From Cylindrospermopsis raciborskii Cr2010 (GTDB lineage: Bacteria; Cyanobacteriota; Cyanobacteriia; Cyanobacteriales; Nostocaceae): a stretch of DNA of 32,000 nucleotides. Positions 18,227-26,849 of the stretch are shown piece after piece. Positions within the stretch are counted from its first letter, which is position 1. Each line of letters opens with the position of its first letter. The stretch lies in the NCBI RefSeq assembly GCF_003367075.2, contig NZ_CP065936.1, positions 450,001 to 482,000 of the forward strand, in the 5' to 3' direction. The notes under the pieces were generated by a model that worked only from the letters and a program-made list of their open reading frames with translations, was not told the origin of the DNA and did not search any database. The translations under genes were made by a program, and so were the position numbers.

Positions 18227-18230
18227 ATGT

Positions 18231-18393
18231 TTATTCCAAAGGAGCGATATGATTCGGTTGATCTTGCCGTCGGCAAAGTTGCCAATTGGTCAGCAACTCA
18301 GATTGATGTAAATCATGCCATTCCAAAACATGACGCAATGCACGTTTTGGAAAGGATCCACTTACCACACCCGTATTGATTTCAATCTCGCAC
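18231..18393 (-). pseudogene. DUF4160-like C-terminal remnant
   Basis: Minus-strand translation '...EIEINTGVVSGSFPKRALRHVLEWHDLHQSELLTNWQLCRRQDQPNHIAPLE*' with no intact N-terminus in the same frame. Confidence 0.6.
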
Positions 18394-18517
18394 TTAAAAC
18401 GGCAAATTCCTTCCTTGACGCCCTGCTGCCATACCTGTATACTCTGGAACTATTTTTCCAAGTATCATCAGTAACTTCCCTATATCCTGTCTTCTAGCAG
18501 CCAGAAATAGTAAATCC

Positions 18518-19273
18518 GGCGTTGCATATTTGCGGGATGAATCAACTAAACGCGGGTATTACTTCATACTTTAAATAGTGAAGTAATAATTTAATTGAAT
18601 ACCTAAGCATATCTACAGATTTTGAATAGCATAGCGTTTTTCTATGTAGTCGCGCTAAGTAGTGACGTAAACGTGTATTTTCACCCTCTACCCTAGTCAT
18701 ATATGTTTTGCTCACAATATGATCCTCTGGCTGAATAAAACTCGGATAAACCCTCCACCCATCAGTAACATAAAAAAAGCATTGCCAGAGTTTAACGATG
18801 TCCCACAAAGGTTGAAATGCTTGTGAGCTGTGGTCTCCCACAACCCAAGCCAGGATATTTTTACGGAAGTGATTTACTGCTGTCCACAACCATATTTTGT
18901 TTTTTTTTGATCCCACAAAGGTCTCCAACTCATCAAGCTCACCTACCAAGGGTGTTTCCTCAACTGGTGGAGCATCTGGAAGTATGGAACCAATTTGTTT
19001 TAGCCAGTAAATAATAGTTGTATGATGAACGCCTTTATCGCGTTCAATTGCTCTAAATCCCATACCGTTAACATAAGAGCGCAGGCAACTTTGTTTAACT
19101 TCTTCTGAATAGCCTTTAGGTGGACTATAGACATCGATAAATTGACGACCACAATCAACACAAATGTGATTTTGTTTACCTCGACGTTTGCCATTCTTTC
19201 TGATTTTGGAAGACCCGCAGTTTGGACAATGCACAGTAGATTACCTCAATTCATACCTCTATTATGCAACGCC
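18518..19273 (-). mobile_element. IS1-family insertion sequence, copy A (756 bp)
   Basis: Terminal inverted repeats GGCGTTGCATA/TATGCAACGCC. Identical to copy B. No matching target duplication in the flanks. Confidence 0.88.
18542..19234 (-). CDS. IS1-family transposase
   Basis: Zn-finger 'CPNCGSSKIRKNGKRRGKQNHICVDCGRQF', HTH 'GMGFRAIERDKGVHHTTIIYWLKQ', DDE core 'GELDELETFVG...WLWTAV' and 'NTRLRHYLARLHRKTLCYSKS'. Confidence 0.92.
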   Translation of the reverse strand: MHCPNCGSSKIRKNGKRRGKQNHICVDCGRQFIDVYSPPKGYSEEVKQSCLRSYVNGMGFRAIERDKGVHHTTIIYWLKQIGSILPDAPPVEETPLVGELDELETFVGSKKNKIWLWTAVNHFRKNILAWVVGDHSSQAFQPLWDIVKLWQCFFYVTDGWRVYPSFIQPEDHIVSKTYMTRVEGENTRLRHYLARLHRKTLCYSKSVDMLRYSIKLLLHYLKYEVIPAFS

Positions 19274-19517
19274 ACGTCGGATAACATTTGCAGTACAGCA
19301 GGATATAAAATAGTTTTTCCTCTATACTTCTGAGTGTAGGCTTGCGTCCGCCCCCGGGCGCACGTTTGCGGTTTGCTAAGGAGTTGAACACGGTGCGTTC
19401 ATAGGTATCAGCAAACTGAGATAACAGCTCGTTGAATGCTTGGCGGTTAAGTCCAGTCATTGCTCGTAGCAGTCGCTCTTGATTCAGGACGCGGTCTAAC
19501 TTCAACATTAATGTCAC
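19274..19517 (-). pseudogene. 5' remnant of an IS5-like DDE transposase, truncated at IS copy A
   Basis: 'QERLLRAMTGLNRQAFNELLSQFADTYERTVFNSLANRKRAPGGGRKPTLRSIEEKLFYILLYCKCYPT', then the frame runs into the IS1 terminus. Confidence 0.75.
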
Positions 19518-19537
19518 CCTACTTGTCTGCTTGATTA

Positions 19538-20263
19538 TTATCCCTTATTTTCCAACAACTCTATTCCTCCTGCATATCTTCCCGCAGCTCCCTTTCCTTT
19601 AATTCCCCTCAAGCTAGAAAGCAACTGAACTGCCTGGTCTTGAGTAAGTTTATGGGAGATAGTTGCAGCAGTTATTAACAGAGCTGTTCCACCCAGGGCA
19701 AAGTAAGGCGCTAGGACATCGTCACTAGGTATAACTTTGACTACTTTAACAGCTTGCGCTAGGTCCATGTTATTACGTAATTCTACTGCTACTATATGTC
19801 TTACTCCATTCCAGCCCTTGGCTACTTTTACCTCCTTGCTTAAATTAGCTAATGAACTGGCAAATAGACGGGAACTTATTAATTGCTCTGCTGCATAAGC
19901 GGTAGCTATTTCTGATAGCGCTGTATCTACCTCCCTTCTGGTTCTTTCCCCTTTTTTGGCAATGAACCTCAGTATGGCTTCTTTTATCTCTGTAATGCTT
20001 GTTATTTCACTGTCCTCCCTTAAACTACTCGCGATCGCCTTTAGTTCATCCTGGGGGAGAATAAAACCCAGGTCTTTAGCTACAGTAGATATGGTTTGCT
20101 TTTCTGCTAAGGTAATTTCCTTATTTTGTGATAGCTCTGGAGGCTCGTCTAGAGTAATTACATGGTCTGCTTCTTGGGCAGTTTTTTTCAGGTTCGACCA
20201 ATGAGAGTCAGAAACGCTTTTCCCCAATAAGGATTCATACAATTGTCTTTCTACCGTATACAT
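19538..20263 (-). CDS. Hypothetical protein, 241 aa, function not recognised
   Basis: Long ORF with plausible composition. No family recognised by eye. Confidence 0.6.
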   Translation of the reverse strand: MYTVERQLYESLLGKSVSDSHWSNLKKTAQEADHVITLDEPPELSQNKEITLAEKQTISTVAKDLGFILPQDELKAIASSLREDSEITSITEIKEAILRFIAKKGERTRREVDTALSEIATAYAAEQLISSRLFASSLANLSKEVKVAKGWNGVRHIVAVELRNNMDLAQAVKVVKVIPSDDVLAPYFALGGTALLITAATISHKLTQDQAVQLLSSLRGIKGKGAAGRYAGGIELLENKG

Positions 20264-20626
20264 AACTGCATAGTCAAATTACTGCATTTTTCAAAGAAGT
20301 AATTTCCACAGCGCTTAATCACCAGCAAGTTTACCAAATGGCGTAAGCGGCAAGAATTACGCAAACCTGGGAACAACTCAAGTTGGGGGAGCATTGTGGG
20401 TTATTTTTACTGTTCAGACTCAGTGCTGATTTCAGTGATTTTGTGCCATTTGCTATCTTTATCCAGATCTCCTGCCCACAGGACTTATGGTAATGCGAAG
20501 GAAACGATATTCAAATACACTAAAACCATTATACACCACACACACCTTATAGTGTCAATAGTGTGTTGAAAATTTAAGGATTGGGTGATATTATCTGGTT
20601 GTCAAGTAATTCAGGTACTTTGAGTA

Positions 20627-20791
20627 ATGGAAGAAAAAGAGCTAGTCCCCATTCGATTCTTTCTTTCTAAGGAAGAAAAATTAGAGTTTAGAAAGATTTG
20701 CTTAGAAGAAAATACAACCATGAAAGACAAAGTAAGAGAAATAATATGTGATTATGTGGAAAATCAAAAAGAGGAGAAAAAGAAAAAATAA
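20627..20791 (+). CDS. 54-aa ribbon-helix-helix-like small protein upstream of rep
   Basis: Translated directly: MEEKELVPIRFFLSKEEKLEFRKICLEENTTMKDKVREIICDYVENQKEEKKKK. Pattern beta strand followed by two helices. Confidence 0.5.
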   Translation: MEEKELVPIRFFLSKEEKLEFRKICLEENTTMKDKVREIICDYVENQKEEKKKK

Positions 20792-21037
20792 AATCCCGGG
20801 ATCTACCTGGGGGGATAACCATTTCCTGATTTCAATTAGCTGTATTTTTTATTACAGAAGATGATTTAGTTCTACCATCAGATATATTTATTTCCCACCC
20901 AGGGCATAGATGCTTATAACTTACACAGGGTGACATCTCCGGTATTGGGTAATAGTAGCATTTTATATCGTTAATTCAGCGTAAATACAAATACTAATTC
21001 AGGTAATACCAAATTTCAATAAATAAACCTGTCTTAG

Positions 21038-21066
21038 TTGCAAATTTATTAGAGAGCATGTATAAT
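21038..21066 (+). promoter_or_regulatory. Putative sigma70-type promoter for the replication gene
   Basis: TTGCAA (21038-21043), 17-nt spacer, TATAAT (21061-21066). Confidence 0.55.
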
Positions 21067-21084
21067 AAAAACGGTTAAACAGAA

Positions 21085-21110
21085 AGAAACCCCCCGGCAA
21101 GGGAGTTTCT
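21085..21110 (+). promoter_or_regulatory. Leader hairpin downstream of the rep promoter
   Basis: AGAAAC-C-CCC ... GGG-A-GTTTCT with one internal mismatch, followed by CTCCTTTTAA. Confidence 0.4.
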
Positions 21111-21208
21111 CTCCTTTTAACTTATTAACCCCACAGAACATCGTCTCTATTTCTGCCAAGAACCGGTGACTTTGATGACTGTGGAATATTCCCCGGAGGG
21201 CTAATCAC

Positions 21209-24200
21209 ATGACCATAATACACAATTTTTCCTATTCGTGTCAACCTAGTTCACAAAAATTTTCTGAAGTCAAAGACAAGATAGACGACCGGTGCGAAAG
21301 AACTGATAATTTAGATAAGACCGAACTTAAAGAACAAACCTTTAGCTTTCTAACCCGCCTTGGGTTTACTGTAGGAAAAGAACTGTGGATAAAAACTTCT
21401 AAGCGCCAGGTGTTAAGGGCGGTGGTAGGAAAGGGAGAATTAGAAGTATTTCCCCAACGGAAGGTAAGCAAGGTAGAAGATCCGAAAGGTGGTTCTGTGT
21501 GGCGGGATGCTGGTAAATCCTATGGATGGGAGTTCCTATACCAGCTTTCTCAAGAAACTTCCTTATTCTTCTTGCCCAACCATCCTCAAGGTGGGATTGG
21601 CAAGGGACACTGCACCAATTTCTCTAATCTTTTCTTTGAGGTAGATGACCTCCCCCTAGACCAACAGTTCCAAAATATTGAAAATCTAAAGAGTTTAGGT
21701 CTTTTACCGAGCGCAATAGTTTTCTCTGGTGGCAAGTCTTTCCATACATTCCTATCTCTAACAGAAGACCCCGGTCCAGACCTATGGGTTATTTTGCAGA
21801 AAAAATTGATCTGCCTAACTCAGTCAGATCCAGCTATTAAGAACTTAAACCGGGAAATGCGGTTACCAGGGTTCTTTCGCCCGGATAAGGGCAAATATCA
21901 ATCCCTGGTGAGTACGGGGGATAGACGCTATTCTATTAAAGAGATTGAAGATATCTTACAATCCTTTTTTCCCTATGGTTTATCCGATGAGCGGTGGAAT
22001 GATTGGAGACTAGCGGAAAAAGCTGAGAAGAATGGGATTTTATCCATGCCAGAGGAATCACTACCAACTGTGGTGAGCAGGATGGAGAGGCAGAAGCAAC
22101 TGGCAGCCAGAAAACAGTTGGTCTGGGAAGAGGAGAATAATTTAATTGAACTGGTTAATAAAACTGCGGAACAAGCCACCATTGAGGACTTTGAAAAATT
22201 ACATCCCCTGAAAGTAAAGTGGTTTGGCAAAAAGGCTAAAAGTGACTGTCCTTTTCATCAATCACAATCAGGAACAGCTGGTTGGTTTGGAAGCATTGGT
22301 AGCAAGGTAGGTTGGGCTTGTCCCATAGATACTGACAATAGACTTTTAGACCTTTTCCGGTTCTTTTCTAAATTGCGTTACGGCAAAGAAAACCCCACCG
22401 GTAAAGAATGGGTTGACATTGCCAAAGCCTATCTCACGGAAATGGGCATAGCATTTTCCGATTGGAAGCCAGTAAAAAATGGCAGTCTAGCTAAACTAGG
22501 AGAAGAAATTAAGGCCAAGGATATAGAAGATAACCGGGTTGAGGAATCTCAAGACCTATTTGCCTTATTGAAAAAAGCAGGCAAAAGTCTGCGTAAAATA
22601 GCTAAAGGATTTGGTAAAGAAAAATATGTGATATCTAATCCATCACATACAGTAACAAGAAAGAAAATAAATGTAAAAGAAATCAAGAAAGAGATACTAG
22701 ATGCTTATAAAAGTGGTTATAAGAACATAATTGTAAAAACACCTCCCGGCAGTGGAAAAACCCACACAGCAGGCACATTTATGCCTGATGAGCTAAATGT
22801 AAATAAAATTCTTTATGTGACAAATGGGGTGCAAAATCCCACAGTATCAAGTCTGGTTGATTGGTCTCCAGCCACGGCAAGACACGGTGGTCTGAAGTGG
22901 GATACCTCTCAAAAAACTGCTGATGGTAGATATTACCTACGACGAGCCAAAAAGGGAGAAAAGCCGGATATTCAGCCTAATTGCATTGCTAGCGAGGTAT
23001 TTGAGGGTTTGCGACAACAAGAGGTCAATGTAGATAACTCATCTGTTATTTGCGATGGATGTCCCGTATCAGGAACCTGCAAATCTTTTCAAGGATTTCT
23101 CATAGACCGCAAGACTGCATTAGAACAAGACCGAGTGCGTATCCATCCTGAATCAATAGATCCCACCATTTTCGATTCTCATTTACCCATTGGAGCTATT
23201 TGGGATGAAAATATCATCAAGTTTAAAAAAGATATTACTTTCACTGAAACAGACTTAAATGCTACCTTAGGTTTTCTAGCACATAACACAGAAGTATTGG
23301 TAAAATTTCTACCTTTGTTAAATGGAATTAGAGAATTCTTTAAAGAGAAGAGCAGCCCTTACAACGGATATGAAAGGGAAGAAATTCTTGCCCGCCTACC
23401 GGAAGTAACCAGGGAGCATCTAGATTTGGCAACCAACCTTGTCCCCGACCTTTCCTTTTTAGAAAACTTTTTTAATGGAGTGCATGGTAATAGGTCAGCC
23501 AACTTGAGCTTGAGAAAAGAGTCAGTGAAGGAAACTGCTGAAACCATAAATAATATGGGTAAACAGTGGTTATTACCTTTTGTAAGAGCTATTACAGAAA
23601 AAGGATTTTTATACTACAAGAAGGGGGTCTTCACCATTTCTGTACCGGAAGAGAAACACACCAAAATAATGGAAGCTGCCAAAGTTAATATCATATTAGA
23701 TGCTACAGCGGATCCAGAATACATAGTAACAGCATTAAAAATGGAGACGGAAAAGACCATAGTTTTAACATCGGAAGTGGAAACCCCCAATCTGAAAATA
23801 AAAATCCTAACAGGGATGGGGAATTTAAGACCCCAGGGTAAGGAAAGAACTAGCAGCAAACAAAAGAGAGTAGATGCAATAAGAGAAAAATTTCTCACTC
23901 TTTTTCCCGATGGAGTAGTTTTTGAGTATAAATCAGTGGCTCGAGAAGGGGATAGAGTCCACTTTCGAGACAGTAGAGCAAACAACACAGACCAGGAGAA
24001 AAAAGCCTGCTTGTTATTAGGAGTTCCCATCCCTAATCTTGCTGATGCCCGAGCCGCCTGGGAAATTGGGTTGGGTGGGGGAAAAGGATTTGATGATTAC
24101 CTAGGGAGGTTAACTGTAGCGGAGATATGTCAAACCATAGGTAGACTGAGAGCTAGTCGCAGACCCAAAGAGGAGATAATAGTATACATAGCAGGAGATA

Positions 24201-24721
24201 CCAGATTTGACTTGAGTAAAGCCCTCAAAGAGAACTTTAATGGAGCGGAAATAACTACACAAGACGTGGGAGAAATTTGCCCTGAAGCAGGGGATGCCAG
24301 CCATAGGGTTTTAGCGCTGGTTAGCAAGGGAGTAAGAAAACTGATAGAAGAGGGTAAAAAAGTGACTCAACAAAACCTAGCTAAAGTAGCGGGTATAGGA
24401 CAGTCAACCATAGCAGAGAGTATCCCCTGGGGTAAGTTCAAAAAAATATCGGAAATCCTATTAGGGAGATTTAATACAGAATCCGATAAAAAAGAACCTG
24501 AGTTGCTACCGGATGAAAGTTGGTTCATAGACCAGTATTTACCCATACTTATAGAAGAGGAGGTGGGGCCCCAAGAGGTAATTGAAACCTTAGAAAGGGT
24601 GGCACAAACTCCAGAGAAAATAGCCGAAATGTTAAGCCGGCTACCAAAATATTTAAAGCAGGGTATCCTCTGGCTACTTTGTAAGGATTTGGAAGTCCCC
24701 TGGCAGTTGTCACCCTCCTGA
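21209..24721 (+). CDS. Large plasmid replication protein, primase/helicase-like (CyRepA-like)
   Basis: 1170 aa. Primase-like region 'LFFEVDDLP...AIVFSGGKSFHTFLSL', Walker A 'IIVKTPPGSGKTHTAG', and SF2-like 'TVAEICQTIGRLRASRRPKEEIIVYIAG'. Shine-Dalgarno GGAGGG at 21195. Confidence 0.75.
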   Translation: MTIIHNFSYSCQPSSQKFSEVKDKIDDRCERTDNLDKTELKEQTFSFLTRLGFTVGKELWIKTSKRQVLRAVVGKGELEVFPQRKVSKVEDPKGGSVWRDAGKSYGWEFLYQLSQETSLFFLPNHPQGGIGKGHCTNFSNLFFEVDDLPLDQQFQNIENLKSLGLLPSAIVFSGGKSFHTFLSLTEDPGPDLWVILQKKLICLTQSDPAIKNLNREMRLPGFFRPDKGKYQSLVSTGDRRYSIKEIEDILQSFFPYGLSDERWNDWRLAEKAEKNGILSMPEESLPTVVSRMERQKQLAARKQLVWEEENNLIELVNKTAEQATIEDFEKLHPLKVKWFGKKAKSDCPFHQSQSGTAGWFGSIGSKVGWACPIDTDNRLLDLFRFFSKLRYGKENPTGKEWVDIAKAYLTEMGIAFSDWKPVKNGSLAKLGEEIKAKDIEDNRVEESQDLFALLKKAGKSLRKIAKGFGKEKYVISNPSHTVTRKKINVKEIKKEILDAYKSGYKNIIVKTPPGSGKTHTAGTFMPDELNVNKILYVTNGVQNPTVSSLVDWSPATARHGGLKWDTSQKTADGRYYLRRAKKGEKPDIQPNCIASEVFEGLRQQEVNVDNSSVICDGCPVSGTCKSFQGFLIDRKTALEQDRVRIHPESIDPTIFDSHLPIGAIWDENIIKFKKDITFTETDLNATLGFLAHNTEVLVKFLPLLNGIREFFKEKSSPYNGYEREEILARLPEVTREHLDLATNLVPDLSFLENFFNGVHGNRSANLSLRKESVKETAETINNMGKQWLLPFVRAITEKGFLYYKKGVFTISVPEEKHTKIMEAAKVNIILDATADPEYIVTALKMETEKTIVLTSEVETPNLKIKILTGMGNLRPQGKERTSSKQKRVDAIREKFLTLFPDGVVFEYKSVAREGDRVHFRDSRANNTDQEKKACLLLGVPIPNLADARAAWEIGLGGGKGFDDYLGRLTVAEICQTIGRLRASRRPKEEIIVYIAGDTRFDLSKALKENFNGAEITTQDVGEICPEAGDASHRVLALVSKGVRKLIEEGKKVTQQNLAKVAGIGQSTIAESIPWGKFKKISEILLGRFNTESDKKEPELLPDESWFIDQYLPILIEEEVGPQEVIETLERVAQTPEKIAEMLSRLPKYLKQGILWLLCKDLEVPWQLSPS

Positions 24722-25115
24722 TCTCTCTTGAGACTAGGACAGGCGTTATTCTATACGGGGTGTAATGCAATCGCACATCTACTATTAATACTGTTCTAGC
24801 GAACCGGTAAAACAACCTGGTTAATTTCCCTTGACCATTCTGACCCACAGGTTAAGTCAGACGAAATTGTGTGCTTTCAGTATAAAAAATTAATACCAGG
24901 TCTTGACTTTGATTTCCCTATGTATTATTATTGCACGCAAAGGTTAGTAAATATGTTATGAAATTGACCTTTTATTCAATCGAGCTACCAAAAAATTTTA
25001 TAGGTATTTCATGACTAAATGTTTTGAATACTGCTGTTATGGGTTACCTGATTTTTTAGTGTAACTACATAAAAATTACTTTGATACAAATAAACTATAC
25101 AAAGATCCAAGACAA

Positions 25116-25352
25116 ATGATAAACCAGGATTTTTCTAATCAAAATCTCAGAGGACGTTCTTTCAAGGGACAAAATCTTGAAGGTGCAAACTTTAGCCATG
25201 CTGATATCAGGGGTGCAAATTTCACTGATTTAAAAAATAGATTACAATCGGCACTAGAAGCAGGAGGATTAGAAGTGCTAAAAGCGATTTTTGATCATCC
25301 ACTCTTTAGTATTCCTGCTGAAACGATAAAAGGTTTTCTTGAAGCTGAATAA
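25116..25352 (+). CDS. Short pentapeptide-repeat protein
   Basis: 'DFSNQNLRGRSFKGQNLEGANFSHADIRGANFTDL' A(N/D)LxG-type repeats. Confidence 0.65.
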   Translation: MINQDFSNQNLRGRSFKGQNLEGANFSHADIRGANFTDLKNRLQSALEAGGLEVLKAIFDHPLFSIPAETIKGFLEAE

Positions 25353-25634
25353 TCACTGACTAACTGGTAAAACCTGCTAGTTAATTTCCCTTGAGAAAAA
25401 ACAGGACATGCGTTCTCCCGCAGGGCGTGCTTTGCGATCGCCCGTCGAGAATGTCTCGTGATTACCCACTAAATTTATCACGTCTGTCACTAATCTTAAC
25501 CTTACTGAATCTAAATACAATGGTATAAGCACCATCCCACTTCTAATATATCTTTCGCAGCTTAAACTTTAAGGTAAAACAATTTTGCTGTTATAATTAC
25601 ACCATGAAATGTATAAAAAATAAGGTTTTGATTT

Positions 25635-25772
25635 ATGAATCTTACTGATCTGACAAACAATCTAAATCTGGCGGCACTTTATGAGAATCAAGGGAGATAC
25701 ACAGAAGCAGCATCTATTATTCAACGTGCTCAATCTATTCAAGAAAGGCTACTCAAATCTAATGATTCTTGA
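25635..25772 (+). CDS. Short TPR-like fragment (45 aa)
   Basis: Translated directly: MNLTDLTNNLNLAALYENQGRYTEAASIIQRAQSIQERLLKSNDS. Confidence 0.4.
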   Translation: MNLTDLTNNLNLAALYENQGRYTEAASIIQRAQSIQERLLKSNDS

Positions 25773-25796
25773 GTTTTTTAACCTATAAGAAAAATC

Positions 25797-26552
25797 GGCG
25801 TTGCATATTTGCGGGATGAATCAACTAAACGCGGGTATTACTTCATACTTTAAATAGTGAAGTAATAATTTAATTGAATACCTAAGCATATCTACAGATT
25901 TTGAATAGCATAGCGTTTTTCTATGTAGTCGCGCTAAGTAGTGACGTAAACGTGTATTTTCACCCTCTACCCTAGTCATATATGTTTTGCTCACAATATG
26001 ATCCTCTGGCTGAATAAAACTCGGATAAACCCTCCACCCATCAGTAACATAAAAAAAGCATTGCCAGAGTTTAACGATGTCCCACAAAGGTTGAAATGCT
26101 TGTGAGCTGTGGTCTCCCACAACCCAAGCCAGGATATTTTTACGGAAGTGATTTACTGCTGTCCACAACCATATTTTGTTTTTTTTTGATCCCACAAAGG
26201 TCTCCAACTCATCAAGCTCACCTACCAAGGGTGTTTCCTCAACTGGTGGAGCATCTGGAAGTATGGAACCAATTTGTTTTAGCCAGTAAATAATAGTTGT
26301 ATGATGAACGCCTTTATCGCGTTCAATTGCTCTAAATCCCATACCGTTAACATAAGAGCGCAGGCAACTTTGTTTAACTTCTTCTGAATAGCCTTTAGGT
26401 GGACTATAGACATCGATAAATTGACGACCACAATCAACACAAATGTGATTTTGTTTACCTCGACGTTTGCCATTCTTTCTGATTTTGGAAGACCCGCAGT
26501 TTGGACAATGCACAGTAGATTACCTCAATTCATACCTCTATTATGCAACGCC
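25797..26552 (-). mobile_element. IS1-family insertion sequence, copy B (756 bp) with 8-bp target duplication
   Basis: Same termini as copy A. GAAAAATC at 25789-25796 and 26553-26560. Confidence 0.95.
25821..26513 (-). CDS. IS1-family transposase (protein identical to the 18542..19234 product)
   Basis: Protein sequence in the ORF track is identical. Confidence 0.95.
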   Translation of the reverse strand: MHCPNCGSSKIRKNGKRRGKQNHICVDCGRQFIDVYSPPKGYSEEVKQSCLRSYVNGMGFRAIERDKGVHHTTIIYWLKQIGSILPDAPPVEETPLVGELDELETFVGSKKNKIWLWTAVNHFRKNILAWVVGDHSSQAFQPLWDIVKLWQCFFYVTDGWRVYPSFIQPEDHIVSKTYMTRVEGENTRLRHYLARLHRKTLCYSKSVDMLRYSIKLLLHYLKYEVIPAFS

Positions 26553-26849
26553 GAAAAATCAAGACATGCGATCGCTTTAGCACTAATGCTTATGGAGTTG
26601 CTGATGTTAGTCCAGCGCTTGACAGGCGTATTCAAAACCTTACTTTTCACGGAGAACGGGAAAAATATAAATGTTTTGACAGGCGATCGCTTTGGAGTAG
26701 AGTAATAGTAAAAAGGCTTAGGTAAAAAGAGCGATCGCACTCGAAACTATAAAAGAAGTGCGATGCGCCAGGATATATGAGATTTTCCAAGCTATATCAA
26801 ATGGTCACAGAAATCAGGTTTCGTCTTGGTATTCAGAAAGCGATCACAT

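Noticed and set aside
18315-18497. 60-aa plus-strand ORF
   Set aside because: Antisense to the DUF4160-like remnant, no support.
18518-26552. Composite transposon formed by IS copies A and B
   Set aside because: Outer flanks GTAAATCC (left of A) and GAAAAATC (right of B) are not identical, and copy B has its own target duplication, so independent insertion is more likely.
26543-26725. 60-aa ORF starting in the IS B terminus
   Set aside because: The start lies in the IS end and the reading frame crosses HIP1 sites without recognisable similarity.
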